In this document: positions 26,828 through 37,713 of the stretch, piece after piece | Layout of the letters: every line of letters begins with the position of its first letter | Numbering within the stretch: the first letter of the stretch is position 1 | Source of the DNA: Clostridiales bacterium | Lineage (GTDB): Bacteria > Bacillota > Dehalobacteriia > UBA4068 | Direction: 5' to 3' | Assembly: GCA_040767605.1 (NCBI GenBank) | Contig: JAXGOI010000001.1 | Coordinates: 1,720,610 to 1,784,609 of the forward strand | DNA: 64,000 nucleotides | Translations under genes and position numbers: made by a program | Notes under the pieces: model-generated | What the model was told of the DNA's origin: nothing | What the model saw: only the letters and a program-made list of their open reading frames with translations | Databases searched by the model: none

Positions 26828-29181
26828 AAATAGCATACGGCAACAGCCGAAAAGCTTTGAAGTGGAAGAACAGCGACATTAGTTGGGAGGATTTCTGCTC
26901 CCGTGTTAAGATCACACAGCGTACCACCGAAACCGTAGAAGAATATCGAAAATTGAGGAAAGATGCTCGGGATGACATCAAAGATGTGGGTGGTTTTGTT
27001 GGGGGGCACTTAAAAGAAGGGAGACGCGGTAAAGGAAAAGTGCTGTCGCGCTCTATGCTAACCCTTGATATGGATTATGGAACAAGTGGTATTTGGGAAG
27101 AAATCTCTACCTTCTTCCCTTACCAATGTTGTATCTATTCTACCCATAAACATACCCCAGAAAATCCAAGACTAAGGCTGATCATTCCTCTCTTTCGTGA
27201 TGTGGGAGAGGAAGAGTATGCAGCTGTTAGTCGCATGGTCGCAAAAGAAATAGGCATAGACCTTTTTGATGACACTACCTATGAACCAGAACGATTAATG
27301 TATTGGCCGTCTACTTCAATAAACGGCATTTTTGTGTATGAAGAGAAAGATGGCTCCATTCTTGATCCTGATGAATTTCTAAATAAATACGATGATTGGC
27401 GAGACACCAGTACTTGGCCCGTATCCTCTAGGCAGTCAGAAGTACTTGATCGCTCATTAAAGGAACAAGCCGATCCACTTTCAAAAGAGGGAGTTATCGG
27501 TACTTTTTGTCGTAGCTACTCAGTAAGCACTGCAATCGATATGTTCTTAAAGGATATATACGAGCCTTCAGCAATAACTGGTCGCTATGATTATATCCCG
27601 GCTGATTCCAGTGCTGGTGTCATACTCTATGATGATAAGTTTGCCTATTCCCACCACGCAACAGACCCTGCAAGTGGGAGACTGCTTAATGCTTTTGACC
27701 TTGTTCGTATTCATAAGTTTGGTCATTTAGATGATAGAGCATCAGAGAATACTCCACCAAGTAAGCTACCATCCTTTGTCAACATGTGCGAATTTGCCAT
27801 TCAAGATGATGAAGTAAAAGCACAGTTTACGAAAGAGCGGATGGAACAGGCTACGATTGATTTTACTGAAGATAACTGGCAGACAGCACTTGAACTAGAT
27901 AAGCAAGGAAAGATTAAGGACACCTTGGATAATATCGTTCTTATCATCCGCAACGATTCAGAACTAGAATCCATTGCCTTTAATAAGCACCGTGATGGAA
28001 TCGATGCTAGAGATGGATTGCCTTGGGAACAGATGAAGGGTGGCTGGAATGATTCAGATAATGCAGCCCTTAAAGTTTATCTATCTAATAAATATGGCAT
28101 CTACTCCCCAACCAAAACAAAGGACGCAATACTAGCAGTCGCAGCAGAGCGATCCTATCATCCTATAAAAGAATACCTGGATCATCTACCAGAGTGGGAT
28201 GGAACCGATCGCGTTGAGACCTTACTGATTGATTATTTTAATGCAACAGATAATTCCTATACCAGAGCCGTTACTAGAAAAATGATGGTGGCAGCAGTCG
28301 CTAGAATTGTTCAACCTGGTACGAAATTCGACAGCGTTTTAATTCTGAATGGACCACAAGGCATCGGTAAGTCTACCTTCTTTGCAAAGCTTGCAGGCGA
28401 TTGGTTTTCCGATAGTTTAACCCTCACCGATATGAAAGACAAAGCAGGCCCTGAAAAACTTCAAGGGTACTGGATCTTAGAACTGGGCGAACTAGCTGGC
28501 ATGCGAAAAACCGATGTGGAGGTTGTGAAATCCTTTATTTCAAGGTCGGATGATAAATACCGTGCCAGTTATGGGGTGAATGTTGAAAGCCACCCACGTC
28601 AATGTATCATTGTCGGCTCTACCAATGCAGAAAGTGGATTTTTGCGAGACATCACGGGTAACCGAAGATTCTGGCCAGTGCGTATTAGTGGTGATGGTAA
28701 AAGAAAAGCATGGCAGATGTCCGTATACGATGTAGAGCAGATTTGGGCAGAAACTTTGGTGCTTTATGCCAAAGGTGAAAAGCTCTATTTAGAGGGCAGT
28801 GATGTAGAGTTGGCAACGAATGAGCAGGCAGATGCCATGGAGAGTGATGAGCGAGAAGGGCTTGTTCGCACTTACCTCGATACGCTTTTACCCGATGATT
28901 GGAATGCCTTGTCCTTATACGAGCGAAGAAACTACCTAAACGGTAGTGAATTTGGTGGGGAATCCCGTGTTGGCACGGTTGAACGCACGCTTGTTTGCAA
29001 TATGGAAATTTGGTGTGAATGCTTTGGAAGGGATGCCTCCGCCATGAAACCTGCGGACTCCTATGCCATTGCAGGCATTATGAAAAAGATTAATGGCTGG
29101 AACAAGTACCAAGGGAACAAGAACGGAACAAGTAATTTTCCCATTTACGGTAGGCAACGTTGTTACGAGAAGAATGAGTAA
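26824..29181 (+). CDS. Phage primase/helicase: AEP prim-pol N-domain fused to VirE/DUF5906 P-loop NTPase
   Basis: 785 aa. Acidic LTLDMDYG primase motif and Walker A GPQGIGKST. Typical VirE-family replication protein of Firmicutes phages. Confidence 0.75.
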   Translation: MKIAYGNSRKALKWKNSDISWEDFCSRVKITQRTTETVEEYRKLRKDARDDIKDVGGFVGGHLKEGRRGKGKVLSRSMLTLDMDYGTSGIWEEISTFFPYQCCIYSTHKHTPENPRLRLIIPLFRDVGEEEYAAVSRMVAKEIGIDLFDDTTYEPERLMYWPSTSINGIFVYEEKDGSILDPDEFLNKYDDWRDTSTWPVSSRQSEVLDRSLKEQADPLSKEGVIGTFCRSYSVSTAIDMFLKDIYEPSAITGRYDYIPADSSAGVILYDDKFAYSHHATDPASGRLLNAFDLVRIHKFGHLDDRASENTPPSKLPSFVNMCEFAIQDDEVKAQFTKERMEQATIDFTEDNWQTALELDKQGKIKDTLDNIVLIIRNDSELESIAFNKHRDGIDARDGLPWEQMKGGWNDSDNAALKVYLSNKYGIYSPTKTKDAILAVAAERSYHPIKEYLDHLPEWDGTDRVETLLIDYFNATDNSYTRAVTRKMMVAAVARIVQPGTKFDSVLILNGPQGIGKSTFFAKLAGDWFSDSLTLTDMKDKAGPEKLQGYWILELGELAGMRKTDVEVVKSFISRSDDKYRASYGVNVESHPRQCIIVGSTNAESGFLRDITGNRRFWPVRISGDGKRKAWQMSVYDVEQIWAETLVLYAKGEKLYLEGSDVELATNEQADAMESDEREGLVRTYLDTLLPDDWNALSLYERRNYLNGSEFGGESRVGTVERTLVCNMEIWCECFGRDASAMKPADSYAIAGIMKKINGWNKYQGNKNGTSNFPIYGRQRCYEKNE

Positions 29182-29405
29182 GGTCGTTCCTTGTTCTTTA
29201 GTTGTTCCTTATGCTTGTTCTCTTAAAAACCCAGTCATTACCGATGTTCTGGCTTTACTGGAATGAGTGGAACAAGAGTTTTACTACTTAGTAATAAATT
29301 AATAAATAGTAGTAGTAAAGCATCGTGAGCGTATGTATGCGCGCGTATAGGAAAAAACGTTAAAAGTTGTGCTTGTTGTTCCTGATGAATTTATGGAGGT
29401 CATTT

Positions 29406-29687
29406 ATGCAAGAAAAATATATAGAACAAAAAATGGTAGCAGCAGTAAAAAGCCTGGGAGGTATGGCACCGAAATTTGTGAGTCCTGGAATAGATGGCAT
29501 GCCCGATCGCATTGTATTACTTCCCATGGGGAGAATCGCCTTTGTCGAATGTAAAGCAACAGGAAAAAAGATGAGACCTTTACAGAATAAAAGAAAGAAG
29601 CAATTAGAGGCATTAGGCTTTTTGGTTTATTGCCTTGATGATGTAGAACAGATTGGAGGGATACTTAGTGAAATACAAGCCACATGA
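29406..29687 (+). CDS. VRR-NUC domain nuclease
   Basis: PDRIVLLPMGRIAFVECKATGKKMRPLQ contains the (D)...E.K motif of the VRR-NUC family. Confidence 0.7.
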   Translation: MQEKYIEQKMVAAVKSLGGMAPKFVSPGIDGMPDRIVLLPMGRIAFVECKATGKKMRPLQNKRKKQLEALGFLVYCLDDVEQIGGILSEIQAT

Positions 29688-31020
29688 ATACCAAAGTTAT
29701 GCCACTGATTTTATTTTATCCCATCCCATATCGGCTGTATTTCTTGAAATGGGCTTAGGTAAAAGTGTGATTACCTTATCCGCCATATTTGATTTGTGTT
29801 TAGACAGCTTTCTCGTATGTAAAGTGCTAGTCATTGCTCCACTTAGAGTAGCAAGGGATACATGGCCTGCCGAAATCAATAAGTGGGATCATCTAAAAGG
29901 ACTCTCTTATTCAGTGGCAGTGGGAACGGAAAAAGAAAGAATCGATGCCCTCAAGAAACAATCAACGCTATACATCATCAACCGTGAGAACGTGGATTGG
30001 CTGGTTCATAAAAGTGGTATTCCTTTTCATTTTGATATGGTGGTCATTGATGAGTTATCGTCCTTTAAGTCATATGGGGCAAAACGATTCAAAAGCCTTT
30101 TAAAAGTCAGACCTTCTGTAAAAAGAATAGTCGGTCTTACCGGTACTCCCTCCAGTAATGGAATGATGGATTTATGGGCAGAGTTTCGAATTCTAGATTT
30201 GGGTCAAAGGCTTGGTCGGTACATTAGTCATTATCGAAACACCTACTTTACACCGGATAAAAGAAACGCACAGATTGTTTTTAGTTACAAACCTCTGCCC
30301 AGTGCTGAAGAGGAAATCTACAAACAAATATCGGACATCACCATTTCTATGAAATCTACTGATTATCTCAAGATGCCTGAATATGTCAGCAATGAAGTGT
30401 TTGTCATTTTAAGCGATAAGGAATGGAAGATTTATTCGGAATTTAAGGAAGAAATGGTTGCTAACTTAGGTGATGAGGAGATTGATGCGGTTAATGCGGC
30501 TGTCCTTTCTGGAAAACTTCTGCAGATGGCAAATGGTGCTGTCTATGATGATAAAAACAAGGCACATTTGATTCATGACAGAAAGCTTGATGCACTGGAG
30601 GACTTGATTGAAGGAGCAAACGGTAAACCGGTGCTTGTTGCTTATTGGTATAAGCATGACCTGGAGCGTATTCGGAAGAGATTTCCCGTTAGGCAGATTA
30701 TCACATCTAAAGATATTGAAGATTGGAATAACGGCGGTATTCCTATCGCTGTTATTCACCCGGCAAGTGCAGGACACGGTCTTAATCTTCAAAGTGGTGG
30801 TTCTACCCTTATATGGTTTGGACTTACCTGGTCTTTGGAGTTGTATCAGCAAACCAATGCCCGCCTTTACAGGCAAGGTCAAAATGAAACGGTTGTTATT
30901 CACCACATTATTGCCAAAGATACCATAGATGAAGATGTAATTATAGCACTCACCAGAAAAGAAAAAACGCAAGCCTCTTTAATCGATGCTGTAAAGGCTA
31001 AATTGGAGGTGGTGCAATGA
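29653..31020 (+). CDS. SNF2-family DNA helicase (phage)
   Basis: Motif I FLEMGLGKSV, motif II VVIDELSSFKS, and C-terminal helicase motifs. The true start may be the GTG at 29668 after the GGAGGG RBS. Confidence 0.8.
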   Translation: MEGYLVKYKPHEYQSYATDFILSHPISAVFLEMGLGKSVITLSAIFDLCLDSFLVCKVLVIAPLRVARDTWPAEINKWDHLKGLSYSVAVGTEKERIDALKKQSTLYIINRENVDWLVHKSGIPFHFDMVVIDELSSFKSYGAKRFKSLLKVRPSVKRIVGLTGTPSSNGMMDLWAEFRILDLGQRLGRYISHYRNTYFTPDKRNAQIVFSYKPLPSAEEEIYKQISDITISMKSTDYLKMPEYVSNEVFVILSDKEWKIYSEFKEEMVANLGDEEIDAVNAAVLSGKLLQMANGAVYDDKNKAHLIHDRKLDALEDLIEGANGKPVLVAYWYKHDLERIRKRFPVRQIITSKDIEDWNNGGIPIAVIHPASAGHGLNLQSGGSTLIWFGLTWSLELYQQTNARLYRQGQNETVVIHHIIAKDTIDEDVIIALTRKEKTQASLIDAVKAKLEVVQ

Positions 31021-31241
31021 CCGACCCTTATGAGCAACTTGCAAATGCTATTATCCTGCAAGCTGTTAAGGATTACAGAGATGCATTAAAGAAACTGAAA
31101 AAACGTCCCCGCTATGATCCTGCGAAGGACACAATAGCCGAGGTGGAGAGGTTCTTCCACTCAGATTGGTATAGAGAACTTACCTCTGTTGATGGGAATT
31201 TCCTAATAAAAAATTTAAGATCGGAGGTAAGAGAAGGATGA
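31017..31241 (+). CDS. Hypothetical phage protein
   Basis: 74-aa ORF translationally coupled to the helicase. Confidence 0.4.
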   Translation: MTDPYEQLANAIILQAVKDYRDALKKLKKRPRYDPAKDTIAEVERFFHSDWYRELTSVDGNFLIKNLRSEVREG

Positions 31242-31663
31242 AAGTAAAGGAATATTTACACCAAGCATATAGGCTTGATAAAAGAATACAGTCAGACATC
31301 GAGGAAATGGAGTGCCTTAGAGAAATGGCAACTAATGTATCCTCGCCAAGCTGGGATGAAAAGGTGCAAACCTCACGAAATACAGACGCCAAGTTTGTAA
31401 GATGTTTAGAGCGAATTATAGATTTGGAAAGTAAGATAAACGCGGAAGTGGATAACCTTGTAGCACTCAAAGAGCAGATAAGGAGTGTAATCAACGAGGT
31501 TGTAGACACGGATGAACGCATGGTTTTACGGTATCGGTATGTGCATAACTTCACTTGGGAACAAATCGGTGATGAACTCAATGCCGACAGAACGACAGTT
31601 TATAGGTGGCACAATGTAGCTCTTAACCATGTGACCCTTCCTGAAAATCCTATTAAAATATAG
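31238..31663 (+). CDS. ArpU-family/sigma-region-4-like phage late transcriptional regulator
   Basis: C-terminal ERMVLRYRYVHNFTWEQIGDELNADRTTVYRWHNVAL HTH. Sits immediately before the packaging genes. Confidence 0.6.
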   Translation: MKVKEYLHQAYRLDKRIQSDIEEMECLREMATNVSSPSWDEKVQTSRNTDAKFVRCLERIIDLESKINAEVDNLVALKEQIRSVINEVVDTDERMVLRYRYVHNFTWEQIGDELNADRTTVYRWHNVALNHVTLPENPIKI

Positions 31664-31798
31664 TTTGCACATTCTGCAACACTTTGCAACAAGATACCAC
31701 AGTTGCAGTTATGTTATTATATAATCAGCAAAATAGATTCCAAGCCTTGAGGGAGCAATCCTGCGAGGCTTTCTTTATGTGCGAACGGAGGTGAAACC

Positions 31799-32158
31799 AT
31801 GCCAAGAAGTCCAAAGAAACCCTGTTCTTATCCAAACTGCCCCAACCTAACTGACAGTCGATTTTGTGAGAAACACGAATCACAAGACCGCAAACAATAC
31901 AACAAACACTCACGCAACCCCGATACCAATCGTAAATACGGCAGAGCGTGGAAAAGAATTCGTGACAGTTACATCGCCATACACCCGCTGTGTGAACGCT
32001 GTCAACGTGACGGCAATCTCACTCCTGCTGAAGAAGTACACCATAAGCTACCAGTTTCTCAAGGCGGACAGCATAATAGAGATAACTTGATGTCACTTTG
32101 TCGCTCTTGTCACAACAAGATGCATCTTGAAATTGGTGATAGGCAGATAAGACGGTAG
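31799..32158 (+). CDS. HNH endonuclease
   Basis: Cys-rich N-terminus and the HHKLPVSQGGQHNRDNLMSLCRSCHNKMH HNH motif. Precedes the small terminase. Confidence 0.85.
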   Translation: MPRSPKKPCSYPNCPNLTDSRFCEKHESQDRKQYNKHSRNPDTNRKYGRAWKRIRDSYIAIHPLCERCQRDGNLTPAEEVHHKLPVSQGGQHNRDNLMSLCRSCHNKMHLEIGDRQIRR

Positions 32159-32269
32159 GGGGATTGCTATCTCTACAACTTATAAAACGGACAGCGGCCT
32201 GGGGCTTCGCGTGTAAAAATCAGAAATCAAAGGGGGTATTAAAGACTTTTAGGAAAGTGGGGTGAAAAA

Positions 32270-32810
32270 CATGGCAAAAGACGGTACAGCAAGAGGCGGT
32301 CAGCGTGTTGGTGCTGGAAGAAAATCAAAGGCTCTAACCGACAAAATTGCTGACGGCAGATTAAATGGTGCCATGGTACTGCCAGAGCCAACGGATATAG
32401 AAGGTGCAGATGTGCCGGCTGTAAAAGACTATTTAAGGGCTACTCAAAAAAATGGCAAAGACCTCTGTGCAGGAGATATTTATATCGAAACTTACAAGTG
32501 GCTGAAAGATCGTAGCTGCGAAATGTTAGTAAACAACCAGCTAATCGAGCAGTATGCCATGAGTGTTTCTCGTTGGATTCAGTGTGAAGAGTGTATTTCA
32601 GAATATGGCTTTCTTGCAAAGCATCCAACCACTTCAGCAGCCATTGCGTCACCTTATGTTGCGATGAGTCGTGAATACATGAAACAGGTTAACCAGTGTT
32701 GGTATCAGATTTACCAAATTGTAAAAGAAAACTGCTCTGTGGAGTTCGGTGGAAGAAGTCCACAAGACGATTTGATGGAGCGCTTATTATCTGCTCGGAA
32801 AGGAAAATAA
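32270..32810 (+). CDS. Phage terminase small subunit (P27 family)
   Basis: N-terminus MAKDGTARGGQRVGAGRKSK is characteristic of P27-family TerS. Confidence 0.7.
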
Positions 32811-32811
32811 A

Positions 32812-33975
32812 ATGAAAAAATATAGAACGTGTGAAAGTGTATGTAAAGGTCATCCAGATAAATTATGTGACCTAATTTCAGATAGCATTTTAGATGCATG
32901 TTTAAGAAAAGATAAATCCTCTCGTGTTGCTTGCGAGGTGATGGCAACCAAAGGACACATCATTGTTGCCGGTGAGATCACCTGCTCAAAGAGAATTGAC
33001 ATTAGAGGTGTTGTCCGCCGTGTTCTTACGGATGTGGGCTACAATCCTAGAAAGTTTTTAGTCTTTGTCTATGTCCATCAACAAAGTAAAGATATTGCAG
33101 GCGGTGTGGATAGAGCTTTGGAATCTCGTGAAGGCGATACATCATGGTATTCCATGTTAGGTGCTGGTGACCAAGGTACAGTCTATGGCTATGCCACTAA
33201 CGAAACCAGTGAGAAGTTACCTCTCCCCTTAGTCTTATCTCATGCCATTTGCGAAAAGCTGGATAAAGTGATGAAGAATGGTGTGATTAAGGATATTGGT
33301 CCCGATGGTAAGGCTCAAGTGACGGTGGAATATGAAGGTGACAAACCAAAACGAATTAAGACCATCGTTGTCTCTGTTCAACACGGTGAAGATAAAGATT
33401 TAGATGTTTTGCGAAAGGAGGTCATCGCTCAGGTGCTGTGGCCAGTTTTTGAAAAATATCCATTTGATGATGAGACTGAGATCCTCATTAATCCTAGTGG
33501 ACGATTTGTCGAAGGCGGACCAGCAGCAGATACAGGGCTTACGGGAAGAAAAATCATGGTTGATACCTATGGTGGACTCGCCGCTCATGGTGGCGGTGCA
33601 TTTTCAGGAAAAGACCCGACAAAAGTTGACCGCAGTGGTGCCTATATGGCAAGGGCGATTGCAAAGAATATCGTTCGATGTGGCTTTGCTAAGCGATGCC
33701 AGGTAGCGATTTCCTATGCAATTGGAAAAGCAGATCCTGTTGCTCTTGAGATTGATACCTTTGGAACAGGGACGATTGAGGAAAGTACCCTTTGCCGTGC
33801 TGTGTTAGATGTATTCAATCTAAGACCTGCAGCCATTATCGAAAAGCTAAAACTGACGGATGTCATTTATGCAGATACGGCCACTTACGGCCATTTCAGG
33901 TATGGATTAAGCACTTGGGAGTTTTTGGATTGTTATACAGAACTAAGGGAGGCGGTAAACAAATATGTTGATTGA
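32812..33975 (+). CDS. metK: S-adenosylmethionine synthetase (MetK), phage-encoded
   Basis: 387 aa. ESVCKGHPDKLCDLISDSILDACL (cf. [21 protein letters not shown]), GAGDQG, and GGGAFSGKDPTKVDRSGAYMAR signature motifs. Confidence 0.9.
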   Translation: MKKYRTCESVCKGHPDKLCDLISDSILDACLRKDKSSRVACEVMATKGHIIVAGEITCSKRIDIRGVVRRVLTDVGYNPRKFLVFVYVHQQSKDIAGGVDRALESREGDTSWYSMLGAGDQGTVYGYATNETSEKLPLPLVLSHAICEKLDKVMKNGVIKDIGPDGKAQVTVEYEGDKPKRIKTIVVSVQHGEDKDLDVLRKEVIAQVLWPVFEKYPFDDETEILINPSGRFVEGGPAADTGLTGRKIMVDTYGGLAAHGGGAFSGKDPTKVDRSGAYMARAIAKNIVRCGFAKRCQVAISYAIGKADPVALEIDTFGTGTIEESTLCRAVLDVFNLRPAAIIEKLKLTDVIYADTATYGHFRYGLSTWEFLDCYTELREAVNKYVD

Positions 33976-35200
33976 AAAGAAGAATACAAAAGACCTCATC
34001 CCTGCAACATACAATCCTCGTAAAGATTTGAAACCTGGTGATGCAGAATACGAAAAGCTAAAACGATCCATTGAACAATTTGGTTATGTAGAGCCAGCTA
34101 TCTGGAATAAGGTGACCGGCCATGTTGTTGGTGGACACCAAAGACTGAAGGTTCTCATGGATATGGGTATTTCTGAAGTTGAGTGTGTTGTTATCGAAAT
34201 GGACGAAGAGAAAGAGAAAGCACTCAATATCGCACTCAATAAAATTAGCGGTGATTGGGATAAGGATAAATTAGCTCTTTTAATTGCAGATTTACAAGGT
34301 GTAGATTTTGATGTTTCCCTAACTGGATTTGACCCTAAAGAACTAGATGACTTATTTAAAGACACGCTGAAAGAGGGGATCCACGATGATGACTTTGATG
34401 TGGAGGAAGAACTAAAAAAACCAGCAATCAGTAAGTTTGGTGACATCTGGACGCTTGGCAGACACAGGCTTATCTGTGGTGACTCCACCCAGAAAGAAAC
34501 CTATGATCTGCTGATGAATAAAAAGAAGGCAAACTTGTGTGTAACAGATCCTCCCTACAATGTGAATTATGAAGGTGCTGCAGGTAAAATCAAAAATGAC
34601 CATATGGCAAATGATGCCTTCTACCAGTTCCTCTTAGACGCCTTTATCAATATCGAAGATGTTCTGGCAGACGATGCCTCCATCTATGTATTCCATGCCG
34701 ACACTGAAGGGTTTAATTTCAGAAAAGCCTTCTCGGATGCCGGTTTTTATTTGTCCGGCTGTTGTATCTGGAAAAAGGACTCCCTTGTACTGGGTCGCTC
34801 CCCTTATCAATGGCAGCACGAACCAGTGCTGTTTGGCTGGAAAAAGAAGGGCAAGCATCAGTGGTATACAGGCAGGAAAGAAACCACCATCTGGGAATTT
34901 GATAAGCCAAAGAGAAATGGTGACCATCCTACGATGAAGCCTATCCCTCTGCTCGCCTATCCAATTTTAAATTCCTCGATGACTAACACCATTGTGATAG
35001 ATCCTTTTGGTGGCAGTGGTAGTACCTTAATTGCTTGTGAACAATCAGAGCGCATTTGCTACACGGCAGAATTAGATGAGAAGTTTTGCGATGTCATCAT
35101 TAAACGCTACATTGAACAGGTCGGAACTTCTACTGATGTCAGCGTCCAAAGGGATGGGTTGAGCTACAACTATGATGAACTGGAGGTTGCTGATGGTTAA
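33965..35200 (+). CDS. ParB-like nuclease domain fused to an N6-adenine/N4-cytosine DNA methyltransferase
   Basis: N-terminal ParB/Srx-like motif (VGGHQRL). Catalytic TDPPYNV and a C-terminal FGGSGST SAM motif. Confidence 0.8.
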   Translation: MLIEKKNTKDLIPATYNPRKDLKPGDAEYEKLKRSIEQFGYVEPAIWNKVTGHVVGGHQRLKVLMDMGISEVECVVIEMDEEKEKALNIALNKISGDWDKDKLALLIADLQGVDFDVSLTGFDPKELDDLFKDTLKEGIHDDDFDVEEELKKPAISKFGDIWTLGRHRLICGDSTQKETYDLLMNKKKANLCVTDPPYNVNYEGAAGKIKNDHMANDAFYQFLLDAFINIEDVLADDASIYVFHADTEGFNFRKAFSDAGFYLSGCCIWKKDSLVLGRSPYQWQHEPVLFGWKKKGKHQWYTGRKETTIWEFDKPKRNGDHPTMKPIPLLAYPILNSSMTNTIVIDPFGGSGSTLIACEQSERICYTAELDEKFCDVIIKRYIEQVGTSTDVSVQRDGLSYNYDELEVADG

Positions 35201-36956
35201 TCTAACCCTTGGCAGTCTTTTTGATGGTTCAGGTGGTTTTCCTTTAGGCGGTTTAATTTCTGGTATTACCCCAGTATGGGCATCGGAGATTGAACCGTTT
35301 CCTATTAGGGTCACAACGAAAAGGCTGCCTTTTATAAAACATTACGGCGATATTTCTTACATGGATGGCAGTAAGATAGAACCGGTAGATATTATTACTT
35401 TTGGCTCACCTTGTCAGGATTTATCCATAGCAGGTAAGCGTGATGGCTTGGATGGTAAACGTTCAAGTCTTTTTTATGAAGCCATCCGAATTATAAAAGA
35501 AATGAGGTGTGCTACAGATGGCAAAAAACCAAGATATATTGTCTGGGAAAACGTCCCTGGGGCCTTCTCATCAAACAAAGGAGAAGATTTCAGATGTGTC
35601 CTTGAAGGCATCTGCCACATCAAGGATGAAACCTTATCAGTTCCTAAGATTGATAAATGGAAACAAGCAGGAACTATTGTGGGAGATCATTTTTCCCTTG
35701 CCTGGCGAGTACTTGACGCTCAATACTGGGGAGTTCCCCAACGAAGAAAACGCATCTTCCTTGTCGCAGATTTTGCAGGTGGGGGTGCCGGAGAAATACT
35801 ATTTAAGTCAGAAGGCTTGTCTGGGTATTCTAAAAAGAGCATCCGCTCGTGGCAAGGAACTGCCAGCAACTTTGCAGACAGCACTGGAGAGACAGGCACA
35901 ATCTGCTTAAATGACCAAGGCGGAGAACGCATGGATGTGACAACCGATATCACTTGCACTTTAAGAGCGAAATCAAATCATCCTCCTTGCATCATGGACT
36001 CTGCAGTTTTTGATAATCACGGAAAGGATACACGTTTTACTGGACCGATAGATGTTGCTCCTACGATTTCAGCGACCTATGGAACAGGAGGCAACAACCA
36101 ACCATTTGTTGTGGAGAATTCTAAGACTTATGATGTGCGATTTACCTCGGAAGGAACTGTAAATGCCCGTTCCAATGTTTACGAAAGTGATACGGCAAGA
36201 ACGATTGATACGTCGGGTAATGCACCGGACAGCAATCAAGGTGGTATTGCAGTGGTGGAATCTTATGGTTTACAAGGTTCTATGATAGGACGGGCAGACA
36301 AGAATGGACCTCAAGGTGCTGGTGTGAATGAAGAGCTTAGCTTTACTCTAAATACCGTAGATAAACACGCTGTGGTCTATGCAATTGATAGAGAGTCATT
36401 TAATTGCGGTCAAAACTATGCTAGAAACCTAGGAATTACTGAAGACGGAATTAATTCAACACTGAAGGCACAAGGCCCCAGTGCTGTTGCAACTCCTACC
36501 TATTCATCCAGTAAGGCATCGTTTTTTACAGATGCCAAAGAGGAACTGGCCAATACACTGGTTGCTACCGACTACAAGGATCCGCCACTTATCAATGATA
36601 ATGACGGGATAGATTATACGGTGAGAAGACTAACACCAACTGAGTGTGCAAGACTGCAAGGTTTTCCAGATTGGTGGTGCAGTGATTTAGGCATAGAGAC
36701 CCCAACGATGGATGACCTTCGGATTTGGTATGACATTTTTGAAACATTCCGTAAAGCAACGGGAGCGTACACCAAAACTAAGACACTGAAGCAAATCACG
36801 AAGTGGCTTAAAAACCCTCATTCGGATTCTGCAGAATATAAGATGTGGGGTAATGGATTAGCCCTGCCCAATGTATGTTTTGTCCTATCGGGCATTGTTT
36901 GGTTTACACAATTAGAAGAGAAATCTAAAGTCTCTTTTCTACACCTTAAAAGTTAG
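35193..36956 (+). CDS. DNA (cytosine-5)-methyltransferase
   Basis: Motif I FDGSGG, motif IV GSPCQDLS, motif VI ENV, and QRRKRIF. Long TRD/C-terminal extension. Confidence 0.85.
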   Translation: MVNLTLGSLFDGSGGFPLGGLISGITPVWASEIEPFPIRVTTKRLPFIKHYGDISYMDGSKIEPVDIITFGSPCQDLSIAGKRDGLDGKRSSLFYEAIRIIKEMRCATDGKKPRYIVWENVPGAFSSNKGEDFRCVLEGICHIKDETLSVPKIDKWKQAGTIVGDHFSLAWRVLDAQYWGVPQRRKRIFLVADFAGGGAGEILFKSEGLSGYSKKSIRSWQGTASNFADSTGETGTICLNDQGGERMDVTTDITCTLRAKSNHPPCIMDSAVFDNHGKDTRFTGPIDVAPTISATYGTGGNNQPFVVENSKTYDVRFTSEGTVNARSNVYESDTARTIDTSGNAPDSNQGGIAVVESYGLQGSMIGRADKNGPQGAGVNEELSFTLNTVDKHAVVYAIDRESFNCGQNYARNLGITEDGINSTLKAQGPSAVATPTYSSSKASFFTDAKEELANTLVATDYKDPPLINDNDGIDYTVRRLTPTECARLQGFPDWWCSDLGIETPTMDDLRIWYDIFETFRKATGAYTKTKTLKQITKWLKNPHSDSAEYKMWGNGLALPNVCFVLSGIVWFTQLEEKSKVSFLHLKS

Positions 36957-37023
36957 AAATAGCTTGCTATAGTAGTGGTTTAGAGTGATATATGTACATA
37001 CCAAAACAAAGGAGGTTTTGTAC

Positions 37024-37713
37024 ATGGTTATTAAATATAACGTAACAGGAGCAGACCGAAAAAGGCTAGTTACAACACTGAGCAAGATTACAGGTGTGAA
37101 AGCAAAGTATCTAGGAATGCCTAGCATGGCTTATGAGGTGGGGGATTTTATCATCGACAAGAATGGAACACTTGAACTGACTGGCAAGGCAGAAGGCGAA
37201 AAAATCGAACGTGTGGCAGGACATTTAGCCAGCGAGGGTTTTATTGCTGAGGAAGAGACGAGCGCCACAGAGGGCAAACAAAGGGCAGACAGCGAGGAGT
37301 TTGGTCTTACAGTTTCCATGCCAAGGAGCAACTTTTCTGAAGGCGCACTTGAAAACTTACAAGCACTTGTTGAGGCAAAAGGAGAACTAATTCGTCATGC
37401 ACTTGATGTAGAAGAATTGCCGATTGAAATTTCTGAAGATGAAGTTTCATTTCCTTGGTTTGAAGAGTTACCAACACCAGAAGAGATTAAAGCATATACC
37501 CACTTCATTTCAGCCTTATCAGAGATGGCGATAAATCAGAAACGCATCACGGTGAAAGAGAAAGAAGTAGAGAATGAAAAATACGCCTTCAGATGCTTTT
37601 TACTCCGCCTTGGCTTTATTGGAAAAGACTATAAAGATGAGCGAAAAATACTGCTTAGAAACCTGACAGGTTCATCGGCATTTAAAGGAGGAGCAAAAAA
37701 TGAGGATAATTAG
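37024..37713 (+). CDS. Hypothetical MGE-associated protein
   Basis: 230 aa. The conserved-looking block YAFRCFLLRLGFIGKDY appears in Firmicutes ICE/phage cargo. RBS AAAGGAGG. Confidence 0.45.
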   Translation: MVIKYNVTGADRKRLVTTLSKITGVKAKYLGMPSMAYEVGDFIIDKNGTLELTGKAEGEKIERVAGHLASEGFIAEEETSATEGKQRADSEEFGLTVSMPRSNFSEGALENLQALVEAKGELIRHALDVEELPIEISEDEVSFPWFEELPTPEEIKAYTHFISALSEMAINQKRITVKEKEVENEKYAFRCFLLRLGFIGKDYKDERKILLRNLTGSSAFKGGAKNEDN

